Assembly (NCBI GenBank): GCA_020724585.1 | Contig: DYGS01000001.1 | Coordinates: 2,893-66,892, forward strand | Reading direction: 5' to 3' | Source of the DNA: Candidatus Microgenomatus sp. | Lineage (GTDB): Bacteria > Patescibacteriota > Microgenomatia > UBA8517 | Length of the DNA stretch: 64,000 bases | Shown here: positions 39,630 to 48,746 of the stretch, one piece after another | Position numbering within the stretch: position 1 is the first letter of the stretch | How the letters are laid out: each line of letters begins with the position of its first letter | The notes under the pieces: generated by a model | Database searches by the model: none | What the model was told of the DNA's origin: nothing | What the model saw: only the letters and a program-made list of their open reading frames with translations | Made by a program: the position numbers and the translations under genes

Positions 39630-40067
39630 CTATTTTTTCTTTCTTTTTTTCTCCCACTCCTTAATCATTATTGAAGCGTCTTTTAGCATGTCTTTTTCTC
39701 TTTTTAGCTCAAGTTTTTTTACTGCATTTGGATAATCAAACCAAGAAACATCCCCAATACCCAAAATTTCAGCTCCTGTTTTAAAAAATAAAAGATAGTA
39801 TATATATTTATAGGTCACGCTCTTGCCATTAACTGTTCCCGATCCCGCGGCTCTGCCTACTTCATCTAAGACTTTTATGTTCATGTTGCCCTGTTCTGAG
39901 GTGTGCCTTATAACGGCTCTGACAGATGATTCACCTCTTCTAACTGCAGTCTTTGGAATTTCCCAATCCCCGTCAACATTTTTTATAAGAAGATATAAAA
40001 TTTTACCGCGGCCTTCTTTAAAAATTACTGATCCTCCAATTAAAATCTCCCCATTCCCATTTTTCAT
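39630..40067 (-). CDS. Nudix-fold protein with degenerate catalytic box
   Basis: WEIPK...GESSVRAVIRHTSEQG lacks the REuxEE acidic residues. Confidence 0.65.
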   Translation of the reverse strand: MKNGNGEILIGGSVIFKEGRGKILYLLIKNVDGDWEIPKTAVRRGESSVRAVIRHTSEQGNMNIKVLDEVGRAAGSGTVNGKSVTYKYIYYLLFFKTGAEILGIGDVSWFDYPNAVKKLELKREKDMLKDASIMIKEWEKKRKKK

Positions 40068-40163
40068 ATTGGTATTTTACCATGAAAATGGCAAGTTTTG
40101 CTCAATCAGATTCGCAAAAGGCGGAGGATATAGGAATCCCCGCCCTAGGTGGGCTAACCTTAG

Positions 40164-40250
40164 CGGCGAGAGAGGGATTTGAACCCCCGTTCCGCAAATG
40201 CGGAGCATGGTTTTCGAAACCAGCCTGTTAGACCACTCCAGCATCTCGCC
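40164..40250 (-). tRNA. tRNA-Ser(CGA)
   Basis: GGCGAGA/TCTCGCC acceptor, TT-CGA-AA loop, long variable arm. Confidence 0.9.
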
Positions 40251-40268
40251 TTGTTATTTATTAAAGTG

Positions 40269-40340
40269 TGTGCCCGACAAGAATCGAACTTGTATCTAAA
40301 GATCCGCAATCTTCAATTCTATCCGTTGAACTACGGGCAC
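40269..40340 (-). tRNA. tRNA-Arg(GCG)
   Basis: GTGCCCG/CGGGCAC acceptor, GAAGA-TTGCGGA-TCTTT anticodon arm. Confidence 0.9.
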
Positions 40341-40359
40341 CTGTAGTTTGTATTATACT

Positions 40360-40899
40360 TCACTGAGGCAATTTTTTGGAAAACCAGTCAATAGCTTTAT
40401 CCAAATTTGATGGCGAGGCTTCCTCTTCAAGAAGATAATCTTTTAAGATTTTCCTTATATCCTCCTTATTTTCAGGTTTTATAACAAGCTCCATTCTGTT
40501 TGGAATTTTTCTTGTTTCAAAGACCAAAAGCTCTGTATCGTATCTCTTTGAAAACCAAAATCTTGTCAACATCTCCCATGGAGTTGCCCCTCCTGCAATT
40601 TTTACTCCCCTATCTGTGATTTTGTATTCAATAACCTCCGGTTCGACAGTTGACATAACATAATAGAGGAAAATTAAAGAAATTATAAGAATTACAGGCA
40701 TCGCCCCCTCTGCCAAAAACAAAATCAAGGAAACTATTCCTGCAATCGAAACAGTGGTTAAATAAAACTGCCTATCTCTTCTTTTAAATGGCCTTGAAGG
40801 TGCAATCCAAATCAATAAATCCTTTTCAAGTTCAGGCTTTTTGAATTTTGAAGTCTCAGCCTCATTACTCGAATTATTATTGGCAATATTATCACTCAT
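40360..40899 (-). CDS. Two-TM hypothetical protein
   Basis: Start at MSDN (the upstream extension is antisense tRNA); two TMs then YKITDRGVKI. Confidence 0.7.
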   Translation of the reverse strand: MSDNIANNNSSNEAETSKFKKPELEKDLLIWIAPSRPFKRRDRQFYLTTVSIAGIVSLILFLAEGAMPVILIISLIFLYYVMSTVEPEVIEYKITDRGVKIAGGATPWEMLTRFWFSKRYDTELLVFETRKIPNRMELVIKPENKEDIRKILKDYLLEEEASPSNLDKAIDWFSKKLPQ

Positions 40900-40939
40900 A
40901 TCTAAATTATACCTCAAGTCTGATATAATTGCCTCTATT

Positions 40940-41027
40940 GGTGGGGTCGCATAGCCCGGTCCATTGCGGAGGTTTGCTAAATCTCTGAGCTGAAAAGCTC
41001 GCGCAGGTTCGAATCCTGTCCCCACCG
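40940..41027 (+). tRNA. tRNA-Ser(GCT)
   Basis: GGTGGGG/CCCCACC acceptor, TT-GCT-AA loop, long variable arm. Confidence 0.92.
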
Positions 41028-41106
41028 CTCATATACATTCGCGATGTGGACAGTTTCGATGGTGCCAAGTAAAGAAAATGCACGGCGAATCCTGTCCCCA
41101 CCGCCA
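41028..41106 (+). mobile_element. Mini-element downstream of tRNA-Ser(GCT), ending in a duplicated tRNA 3' end
   Basis: 19-bp perfect copy CGAATCCTGTCCCCACCGC at 41086-41104; core shared with the element at 39369-39482. Confidence 0.6.
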
Positions 41107-41123
41107 GTTCAATATGATTAAAA

Positions 41124-41205
41124 GGAAGGTGGGCAGGACGGTAATGCGCGAGTCTTGAAAACTCGTGAGCGTAAGCTCTAACAGGTTCGACCCCTGTACC
41201 TTCCG
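41124..41205 (+). tRNA. tRNA-Ser(TGA)
   Basis: GGAAGGT/ACCTTCC acceptor, CGAGT-CTTGAAA-ACTCG anticodon arm. Confidence 0.92.
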
Positions 41206-41216
41206 CAAAATTAAGC

Positions 41217-41816
41217 CTAACTGGCAATAGTTAGGCTTTTTATATTTTTAAAATCTGCATTTTGAAGTGTTTTTTTGGCCTCATTAATTGTGGTTCCTGT
41301 TGTATAAACATCATCAAAGAGTAGTATATTGGGGATAGTATATTGTATATAGAGTTTGTTTACTTCAAAAACATTTTTAAGGTTATTTTTTCTATCAACC
41401 CCTTTTAGTCCAACCTGATGTTTTGTTTCTTTGGTTTTTATTAGTAAATCAGGAATAAATTTTAGGTTTAATTTTTCTGCAATTTTTTTACCCAAAATTT
41501 CCGTTTGATTGAAACCTCTAAAATTCTCTCTTTTTCTATCTAAGGGAATAGGAACCAAATTAGCATTATGCCACAAGCCATATGTTTTAAGCCTATCAAC
41601 ACAAATAGAAGCTAGTTCCTCAGCAATATCATATGCAAATTTGTATTTAATAGTAATTATTGCTCTTCTAATTACTCCTTTGTACTTAAATATTGAATAG
41701 TTATTATTTCTATATTGTCCCCTACGAACCTTTTCTAAACAATTTGGACAAATATATTTCCCTGAAGCACTACACTCCAAACACTTTTTAGGAAAAATAA
41801 AATCAAATAGACCCAT
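41217..41816 (-). CDS. comF: ComF-family phosphoribosyltransferase-like competence protein
   Basis: FPKKCLEC...CPNC, VPIPL...RGFNQ, LFDDVYTTGTT. Confidence 0.9.
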   Translation of the reverse strand: MGLFDFIFPKKCLECSASGKYICPNCLEKVRRGQYRNNNYSIFKYKGVIRRAIITIKYKFAYDIAEELASICVDRLKTYGLWHNANLVPIPLDRKRENFRGFNQTEILGKKIAEKLNLKFIPDLLIKTKETKHQVGLKGVDRKNNLKNVFEVNKLYIQYTIPNILLFDDVYTTGTTINEAKKTLQNADFKNIKSLTIAS

Positions 41817-41864
41817 TCTGATATATAATACTATGTACTAAGTACTTTGTACTATGTACTGTAT

Positions 41865-42296
41865 ATGAAAGTTGTTAACAAAAAAGCAAATTTTAATTAC
41901 ACTCTATTTCCCGAAAGAATTGAGGCGGGCATTGCCTTAAAAGGAATTGAAGCCAAATCCTTTAGAGATAACAGAATTGATCTCTTAAACTCGTTTGTCA
42001 AAATAATTAATGGTGAAGTTTATTTAGTTAATGCCAATATCCCTGCAAAGGGCTTACAAAAGTATGATCCAACTAGAGCCAGGAAATTACTTTTACATAA
42101 ACGCGAAATCATAAAACTAATAACTAAAACGAAGCAACAAAAGTTGCAAATTGTGGCTGTTTCAATGTATAATAAGCATCGTAAAATTAAACTCGAACTA
42201 GCCTTAGCTAAGCCTAAAAGAAAGTTTGACAAGAAGGAGAGTATTAAAAAACATGATGTGCAACGCGACATTGAAAGAGAATTAAAAGGTCTTTGA
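41865..42296 (+). CDS. smpB: SsrA-binding protein
   Basis: NKKA..NY, EAGIAL.G.E.KS, RKLLLHKREI, DKKESIK; adjacent to tmRNA. Confidence 0.95.
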   Translation: MKVVNKKANFNYTLFPERIEAGIALKGIEAKSFRDNRIDLLNSFVKIINGEVYLVNANIPAKGLQKYDPTRARKLLLHKREIIKLITKTKQQKLQIVAVSMYNKHRKIKLELALAKPKRKFDKKESIKKHDVQRDIERELKGL

Positions 42297-42351
42297 GTTA
42301 AATTGAAAATTGAAAATTGTTAATTGAAAATTCCAAGCGTAGCTTGGACAT

Positions 42352-42733
42352 GGGGATGACCGGTTTCGACGGGAAGCTCTTTTAAAATAAGCAAGCCAAG
42401 TTTGATATAAACTTGTCAAAATGTATCAAAACTTAAAAGCAAAACAAATTTTTGCTTCTGTTAAGCCATACGCTGATATGCAATATGCATATCTTACTGT
42501 AAAGGCTTAAACAGCATTCTTGTATTTGGATTCCGACTGAATTTCAAGGGTGTCAACCAAATCGGAAGTAGTTTTTTATTCTTAGTTGTGGATAGAAAAC
42601 GAAATAATAACAACTTTACTTTTCATCATCCTGACAATTGGTTAGATAAAAAGGACATACAATAAATTGTCTAAGCTTGTAGAAATTTTTAAAAATGTAT
42701 TTTCGGATGAGGGTTCGATTCCCTCCATCTCCA
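42352..42733 (+). ncRNA. ssrA: tmRNA
   Basis: 5' GGGGATGACCGGTTTCGAC; 3' GGGTTCGATTCCCTCCATCTCCA; tag frame 42439-42510 AKQIFASVKPYADMQYAYLTVKA*. Confidence 0.92.
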
Positions 42734-42829
42734 CTCGCATTCGCTCGTTCCGATTTCAGGAATCGATAGCGCAAGTTATTGTGCTCCGTGTTTTGCACGC
42801 CGATTCCCTCCATCTCCTCCTAAGATGGT

Positions 42830-44236
42830 TTACTCAAACTCAATCATGTAAAGTTTTTGGTTTTTTATAAGAATTATCCTTTTTAATTCTTCTGAAATTA
42901 CCAAATCGGATGCTCCTTCTATGTTCTCGTTTACATATTGGATTTTGAATTTTCCATTTTTATCAAACACAACGATTCTCCTCTCTTTTTGATCCAATAT
43001 ATAAACATTTTTTAAACCTTCGTTGGTATAAATTGCATCAGGATTATTCATTTGGACAGCCAACCCTGACATTGAAACCGCAATTGGATTGCCATTTGCA
43101 AATCTGGAAACCTTGCCCGTTTCAGATAAAAGCCAGATGTTCCCGTCAATAGAAATATCTTTAACTTTTGAAAAATCAGCCTCAATTCCTGGAGCTAACC
43201 AATCCGTCTTTGCACCAAATCCCGATGTTTGACCCGAGTATCTATAAATTTTGTTTTGACTTTTATCAACTAAGTATATATTTCCCGCATATAAATAAAA
43301 TAGGGCGCTATCCCAGTCTTTATCTAATACTTTTTGAGAATTGTCCTTAATTTCCAAGATACCCTCGTTATTTAACGAGAACAACCTGTCCTCATATGAA
43401 GCAATATTTATTGAATTTTTCAAATCTTCTCTGTCTGCAACCTTCTTGGCATTTTTTGTTTTTATGTTGACTTTTATCACATTTTGGTTTTCTTTATCAA
43501 AAATAAACATTTCATCGCCAGTGGATGCAATCTGGCTGCCTTTAAAATCATTTATCTGCAAAGATAAATCAAGAAATTCTTTTGATTCTACTTTTACCTC
43601 GCCCAATATTTCCCCCTCCTTACCTTTGATACTATCAAGAAGTGCTTCTAAATCATCGCTTTTATACCCAGCATCTTTTAAGCGTTGGGCTTTGTCTTTT
43701 GAAGATCTAAAAAGTTCTCTTGAACGGGAAATATCAATTTCAAAAAGAGATATTGCTTCATCGTATTCATAAACAGCATCACCAAGTGTTTCTTTGGATA
43801 AATTTTCAAAATCATTAAGTTTCTTCTGCCTAATACCAAAAAACACACTCAAAAAAAGTAAGATCAATAAAATCATTCCAACTGTTAATGTCGTTTTTTT
43901 ACCTTGGGGAATAGCTTCGTTAAAATCGCTATTTTTAATATATAGATTGGGGCTAACCTCTATTTGCTCAATTTTAACTATTAATTTTTCAGTTTCCCCG
44001 AGCGTATAAATATCTCCAATTTGAGGCTTGCCTGTAATTAATTTTTCTTCATTTTGTGTTTCCGCCAAAATATAATTTTTACCATTTCGGGTTAAAACTG
44101 CTTTGGTAAAAGGCTCTAATTTAACAAAAATTTTATCATCTTTAATTTTAACTGATCCCACGCCGCGCAAGAATGTGTCAACTTTATTTGAAGAAAGTGT
44201 GAATTTGGATTTTTTTTTAAAAAAATTTATTATCAC
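42830..44236 (-). CDS. Single-TM protein with C-terminal beta-propeller-like region
   Basis: TM, helical region, repeated IYLVD/IWLL/VYILD blades. Confidence 0.7.
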   Translation of the reverse strand: MIINFFKKKSKFTLSSNKVDTFLRGVGSVKIKDDKIFVKLEPFTKAVLTRNGKNYILAETQNEEKLITGKPQIGDIYTLGETEKLIVKIEQIEVSPNLYIKNSDFNEAIPQGKKTTLTVGMILLILLFLSVFFGIRQKKLNDFENLSKETLGDAVYEYDEAISLFEIDISRSRELFRSSKDKAQRLKDAGYKSDDLEALLDSIKGKEGEILGEVKVESKEFLDLSLQINDFKGSQIASTGDEMFIFDKENQNVIKVNIKTKNAKKVADREDLKNSINIASYEDRLFSLNNEGILEIKDNSQKVLDKDWDSALFYLYAGNIYLVDKSQNKIYRYSGQTSGFGAKTDWLAPGIEADFSKVKDISIDGNIWLLSETGKVSRFANGNPIAVSMSGLAVQMNNPDAIYTNEGLKNVYILDQKERRIVVFDKNGKFKIQYVNENIEGASDLVISEELKRIILIKNQKLYMIEFE

Positions 44237-44451
44237 AGTATTATCATAGCAAATATCAATACTGCTATTGCAAAAAGGAAGTGAGCAAAAGAAAGAATTT
44301 TTAGTTGTTTTTCAAAACCAACCTGAACAGTGTCTGTCATTAAACCAACTTGACGAATAATTACAAAGGCAAAAATTGCATAAATAATCAAGAATATAAG
44401 TATAAAAATTTTAATCAGCGGCCAAACCGAAAAATCTGCTAGGGATAACAT
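44233..44451 (-). CDS. Small membrane protein (DUF5657-like)
   Basis: IYAIFAFVIIRQVGLM; two TMs. Confidence 0.6.
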   Translation of the reverse strand: MLSLADFSVWPLIKIFILIFLIIYAIFAFVIIRQVGLMTDTVQVGFEKQLKILSFAHFLFAIAVLIFAMIIL

Positions 44452-45102
44452 TTACCTCACCCTCCCCTCTATTGCTTCAACCTGCTCTTCAATCCTCAAA
44501 TCTTGCAAAACTTTGGCAACTTGGTCAGGTTTTGGAACTGCCAAAAATTCAAAATTGGGAACTTCTGAAGCTGTTTGAATTAATACATCGCCGTAATTAA
44601 ATAGCGTTCTTACAACTCCCCCCATTTTATAAGTTACATCCTGAATTTTATCAATTGAAGCATCGCTGACTTCTTTGTAAATAAGATTAAAAAAATCTAC
44701 ATCAACAATTCTCTCGTCGGTTACAATGTAAACATTAAAAAACCAAGTCAAAAAACTTTCTAAAAAATAGGCAGTTGAAATAAGATACCAAATAAGGCTG
44801 AAAATAAACAAGAAATTTTTAGGAACACCTTCAAAAATTGACAAACCCATAACAAGTGAGGGAATTAAAAACAAAATGACTGCAGTTACTACCCAAGGAA
44901 CATTTGTTATCCAATGCTTCCTTAAAAAAAGAACCACTTTTTCTTCATTGTCCATTGTTTCAAATTTTAAATTCTCGGGGCAAAACATTATGGCGCTTAG
45001 GGGGTTATGTATTTGAGTTGGAAGATCTTTATACAACGCTTTTTTGTATTTATTCGTATCGGGATGGACAATAGGTTTTTTGGAAATAAAAATATCAGGC
45101 AT
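44452..45102 (-). CDS. Membrane protein with bacterial PH domain
   Basis: EKVVLFLRKHW, IVTDERIVD, KIQDV, NYGDVLIQTA. Confidence 0.8.
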   Translation of the reverse strand: MPDIFISKKPIVHPDTNKYKKALYKDLPTQIHNPLSAIMFCPENLKFETMDNEEKVVLFLRKHWITNVPWVVTAVILFLIPSLVMGLSIFEGVPKNFLFIFSLIWYLISTAYFLESFLTWFFNVYIVTDERIVDVDFFNLIYKEVSDASIDKIQDVTYKMGGVVRTLFNYGDVLIQTASEVPNFEFLAVPKPDQVAKVLQDLRIEEQVEAIEGRVR

Positions 45103-45114
45103 CTTTAAATTATA

Positions 45115-46767
45115 TCACTTCCGCTCGATATTAAAAAAAGCAAAGCCCTTTTGTGGAATCATTAGATACCCAGGGGCTCTTAAGTTAAAGGCTTGCTTAA
45201 ATTCATCACCAGTTAAATTGATGGTGCCATTAATGTTTATGTTAGTTGTCACTCCATTTCCTTGCGTTACTGTAACACTTGTAACTGAATTTACTCCTCC
45301 TTTTTGTTTTAATTCCGAAATGGAATAGGGATTTCCTCCCCAACAAGAAGTTGATGTTGATGTTACGCGCGAATCAGGACCTTGTTTCAATACAACGGCT
45401 GCATTAACAATATCTGTAAATTCTTCATTTGTTAGCCAGGGATTTGATCTGCCGCAAGTATCCCCCGTGTTTGAGTAACCTTTTCTGTACCAAGCCTTAT
45501 AAAGCCAAGGCGAACCACCCAGTTTTTCATATGTCCTCTCCATAAAATCTGATCCACCACTGCCATTTGTTGTATCCCAGCCTGAAGTTGTTATGTACCC
45601 CCCCGTGGTTGATGAGTAAAAAGTGGTCACTCCTTCAAGAACTTGCCCGCGAGTAGTAATTACAGCCTGTTTCCATGCATCAGGAGGATTATCTGCCTTA
45701 CTTTTTCTAAAAACCTGGCAAGATTCTGTTATACAAATTGTTTTCCCTTCTAATTTATATCTATATGCATATGTTCTGGCTGCAATTGCCTGCGCCTTTA
45801 GTGCTTCCGGATGCCATGAACTTGGCATCTCAGCAATACCCATCAAATAATAATCTTCAAAATTTACGCTTCCCACACCTGAAACGCTAATGTTTCCTCC
45901 TGTATCTTTATTAACCGGTTCTTTTCCATAATATGCCTTGAGAATATCGTTTGCTTTTTGATTATTTTGGGCTCTACCTCTCGCGCCGTATTGACTCATA
46001 CCTTTTCGATGAGTATAAGCACCAAAAGAAAATACAGCAAAAGATCCGCTTGGGGCAGACTCTCTAAAACCTTTGATTGATGCATTATAATCATCTGCCA
46101 GATCACTATCCCCCACACTTGCAGTAAAACCGCCCGATTTTGCCGCCAGCAATTCTTGTTGTTTGGCAGAAAGTGAAGATAAATACCCTTCAACTTTATT
46201 TACCTCGCCTGCCAAAAACTTTTCTTTTTCTGCAATCTGGGCTTTTAGCGAGGCTAGAGAATTTTTTGATTTTTCCAAATTTTCTTTATCTTTTTTAAGT
46301 TTTGACAAATCAGATACATATTTTTCTATTTGCTCTCTATCAGAATCAGCCGCTTTTTGTCTAAAATTTACTTCCCTAAATGCATCTAGCGCATCATGAG
46401 AGGCCAAAAAGGGCATTATCGGATCATAGAGCCTTATCAATTTATATGAGTTTTTGATTTTTTCCTCAAAAAGAGCTTTTGTGTAGGATAAATCATCTTC
46501 CCTTTTTTGAATCGATTTTTCCGTTTTTTGAATCTCTTGGGTTAAGTTGCCAATGCGTTTTCCTAAATCAACAATTTTGACCCTTAAATCTTCTAAATCC
46601 TGTTTATTTTTCTCATGTGCAGGAGTTAGAGCGTTGATTTCTCTTTGAATGCTATTTATCTGACAATCAAAATCGCTACTTGGACACTCTTGAGCCAAGC
46701 TAGGTAATAGCGAATAAGCAATAGCGAATAGAAAAACAATAACAAAAATTACAAATTTAAATTTCAT
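45115..46767 (-). CDS. Secreted coiled-coil protein with SpoIID/LytB-type peptidoglycan lytic domain
   Basis: Signal peptide, long coiled coil, GMSQYGA, AEMPSSWHPEALKAQAIAARTYA, CQV. Confidence 0.85.
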   Translation of the reverse strand: MKFKFVIFVIVFLFAIAYSLLPSLAQECPSSDFDCQINSIQREINALTPAHEKNKQDLEDLRVKIVDLGKRIGNLTQEIQKTEKSIQKREDDLSYTKALFEEKIKNSYKLIRLYDPIMPFLASHDALDAFREVNFRQKAADSDREQIEKYVSDLSKLKKDKENLEKSKNSLASLKAQIAEKEKFLAGEVNKVEGYLSSLSAKQQELLAAKSGGFTASVGDSDLADDYNASIKGFRESAPSGSFAVFSFGAYTHRKGMSQYGARGRAQNNQKANDILKAYYGKEPVNKDTGGNISVSGVGSVNFEDYYLMGIAEMPSSWHPEALKAQAIAARTYAYRYKLEGKTICITESCQVFRKSKADNPPDAWKQAVITTRGQVLEGVTTFYSSTTGGYITTSGWDTTNGSGGSDFMERTYEKLGGSPWLYKAWYRKGYSNTGDTCGRSNPWLTNEEFTDIVNAAVVLKQGPDSRVTSTSTSCWGGNPYSISELKQKGGVNSVTSVTVTQGNGVTTNININGTINLTGDEFKQAFNLRAPGYLMIPQKGFAFFNIERK

Positions 46768-46819
46768 TAAGTAATTATAACAACTTATCTGCTATAATTT
46801 GCTTACGAAAATCGCGAAT

Positions 46820-47365
46820 ATGAAAATTGCGAAAAAAATATTAATTAGTCTGGTTTTAGTTTTTACAGTTCTACTTAAATTTTCAACTACTCCAGCATAT
46901 GCAATCTGTAGACAGTGGGTTCCATCCCAATGTGCGGCTGTTAGATGCAATGTTGGTGGAACTTGGCATTGCTGTGACACCACATCTGAATGTACTGCAC
47001 TCAACGGTTCGCCTATGCAAAATAACCCTGGAGGTAGCGTATATAATCCCAATCCATCTAATTCCAATCCAACATGCAATGGAGGTAGTGGTATTGACAC
47101 GGCAATAGGTTGCATTCCTGTTGAAGATACTAATTCCTTTATGGGCTGGATATTGGGTTGGGCAATTGGAGTTGGTGGCGGAATTGCTTTTTTACTAATT
47201 GTTTATGCCAGTTTTATGATAATGACTTCTCAAGGAGATCCTACAAGACTAAAGGCGGGACAAGAACTATTAACATCTGCAATTTCAGGCCTTATAATGC
47301 TTATCTTTTCAGTCTTTATACTTAAATTTATAGGAATTGATATACTTAAATTAGATAATTTATAA
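46820..47365 (+). CDS. VirB2/TrbC-like pilin with Cys-rich N-terminal domain
   Basis: Signal-like N-terminus, Cys cluster, TAIGCI, MTSQGDPTRLKAGQELLTSAISGL. Confidence 0.75.
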   Translation: MKIAKKILISLVLVFTVLLKFSTTPAYAICRQWVPSQCAAVRCNVGGTWHCCDTTSECTALNGSPMQNNPGGSVYNPNPSNSNPTCNGGSGIDTAIGCIPVEDTNSFMGWILGWAIGVGGGIAFLLIVYASFMIMTSQGDPTRLKAGQELLTSAISGLIMLIFSVFILKFIGIDILKLDNL

Positions 47366-47367
47366 AT

Positions 47368-47691
47368 ATGTTTAATTCTGATAATTTAAATCAAATTCAA
47401 AACATCGGCCTTCCCACATTCACTTTTAGAGAGGGAGGGCGAACCACTGGAATTTCAAGAATTTTTCCAGTTATCCTCCCCTACATATTTGCCGCTGCGG
47501 GTATTATTTTAGTTTTTAACCTAATTTCTGCAGGTTTTAGGCTAATGACATCTTCAGGCGACCCTAAGGCAACCGGCGCCGCGCAAGCCAAAATTACAAC
47601 ATCATTAATTGGAATTTTAGTTATTTTTGTATCTTTTTGGGTAGTTAAACTTATTTTGCAGTTTTTTGGAATAAATATACAATTAATATGA
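47368..47691 (+). CDS. VirB2/TrbC-like pilin
   Basis: GFRLMTSSGDPKA...KITTSLIG. Confidence 0.75.
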   Translation: MFNSDNLNQIQNIGLPTFTFREGGRTTGISRIFPVILPYIFAAAGIILVFNLISAGFRLMTSSGDPKATGAAQAKITTSLIGILVIFVSFWVVKLILQFFGINIQLI

Positions 47692-47999
47692 ATAAACTTG
47701 CAGTTGATATCGGACAGCAATTTGTGGGAAACAATCCAAATTTAACTGATCCCAACAATATAAATAAAATTACAAAATCATTAATAGGTGGGTCACTCTC
47801 GCTGGCGGGAGTGTTGCTGCTTTTTATTTTGATCTTAGGCGGGATTGGAATGATTAGGGGTGCGGGAAATAACGACCCTAAAATGGTTGAGCAAGGCAAA
47901 AAAGCAGCAACTTCAGCTCTAATCGGTTTTATAGTTGTATTTACATCCTTTTGGATAGTAAAATTGATTGAACAAATTACGGGCTTAGTGTTACTTTAA
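47688..47999 (+). CDS. VirB2/TrbC-like pilin
   Basis: GGIGMI.GAG..DPK...ATSALIG. Confidence 0.75.
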   Translation: MNKLAVDIGQQFVGNNPNLTDPNNINKITKSLIGGSLSLAGVLLLFILILGGIGMIRGAGNNDPKMVEQGKKAATSALIGFIVVFTSFWIVKLIEQITGLVLL

Positions 48000-48004
48000 A
48001 AAAT

Positions 48005-48376
48005 ATGGAAAATTTATCGGTACGGCAACTCCTTGCACAAACAAACCCATTTGGGACTGTAGATTTGCCCGCGGGCTTACAAGCCTATGGAAAAGAGCCT
48101 GGACCTGCTATAGGAAAATTGATACAGTTCTCTCTTCGAGCACTAGTTGTTGGTGCAGGTCTGTATGCCCTATTTAATCTGGTTTTGGCCGGTTATTCTT
48201 TTATGAGTGCAGGAGATGACAGTAAAAAAGTGGCCGCCGCCTGGGCACAAATATGGCAAACAATGTTAGGCCTGGCCGTTGCAGCAGGAAGTTTTGTCCT
48301 GGCAGCAATCTTTGGCCAAATCTTATTTGACGATCCTATGTTTTTACTATCACCAAAAATAGAAACACCAAATTAA
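48005..48376 (+). CDS. VirB2/TrbC-like pilin
   Basis: GYSFMSAGDDSKKVAAA..I..TMLGL. Confidence 0.75.
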   Translation: MENLSVRQLLAQTNPFGTVDLPAGLQAYGKEPGPAIGKLIQFSLRALVVGAGLYALFNLVLAGYSFMSAGDDSKKVAAAWAQIWQTMLGLAVAAGSFVLAAIFGQILFDDPMFLLSPKIETPN

Positions 48377-48377
48377 C

Positions 48378-48746
48378 ATGAATAAAATTGCAGCAACATT
48401 AGATTTTTCAAACGGAGGATTAAAGGGTTTTGGAGCATTGGGATTAGAACAAAACCAAGCTAGTGAGTCGGTTTTTCAAGTTTTTATTTCTTCAGCCATT
48501 GGTATTATTAGTTTTGTTGCAATAGTTTGGTTTGTTTTCATAATCGTCACAAGTGGAATTTCATACATGAACGCTGGAGCTGATGCTAAAGCAGCCGAAG
48601 CAGCCAGAAAACGTATTACCAATGGTTTGATTGGTTTACTAATAACAATCTTTGGAATATTCATAATTAATTTGACAGGACAAATATTCGGCATCAAAAA
48701 TGTCTTAAATGTACCTGAAATGATTAAAAATTTAATTATTAAATAA
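48378..48746 (+). CDS. VirB2/TrbC-like pilin
   Basis: GISYMNAGADAKAAEAARKRITNGLIGL. Confidence 0.75.
   Translation: MNKIAATLDFSNGGLKGFGALGLEQNQASESVFQVFISSAIGIISFVAIVWFVFIIVTSGISYMNAGADAKAAEAARKRITNGLIGLLITIFGIFIINLTGQIFGIKNVLNVPEMIKNLIIK

Noticed and set aside
39454-41227. ORFs 39454..39735, 39823..40182, 40907..41227 and the N-terminal extension of 40360..41025
   Set aside because: They overlap tRNA genes or real CDSs in antisense.
42616-42870. Two short ORFs over the tmRNA 3' end
   Set aside because: They overlap ssrA and its duplicated tail.
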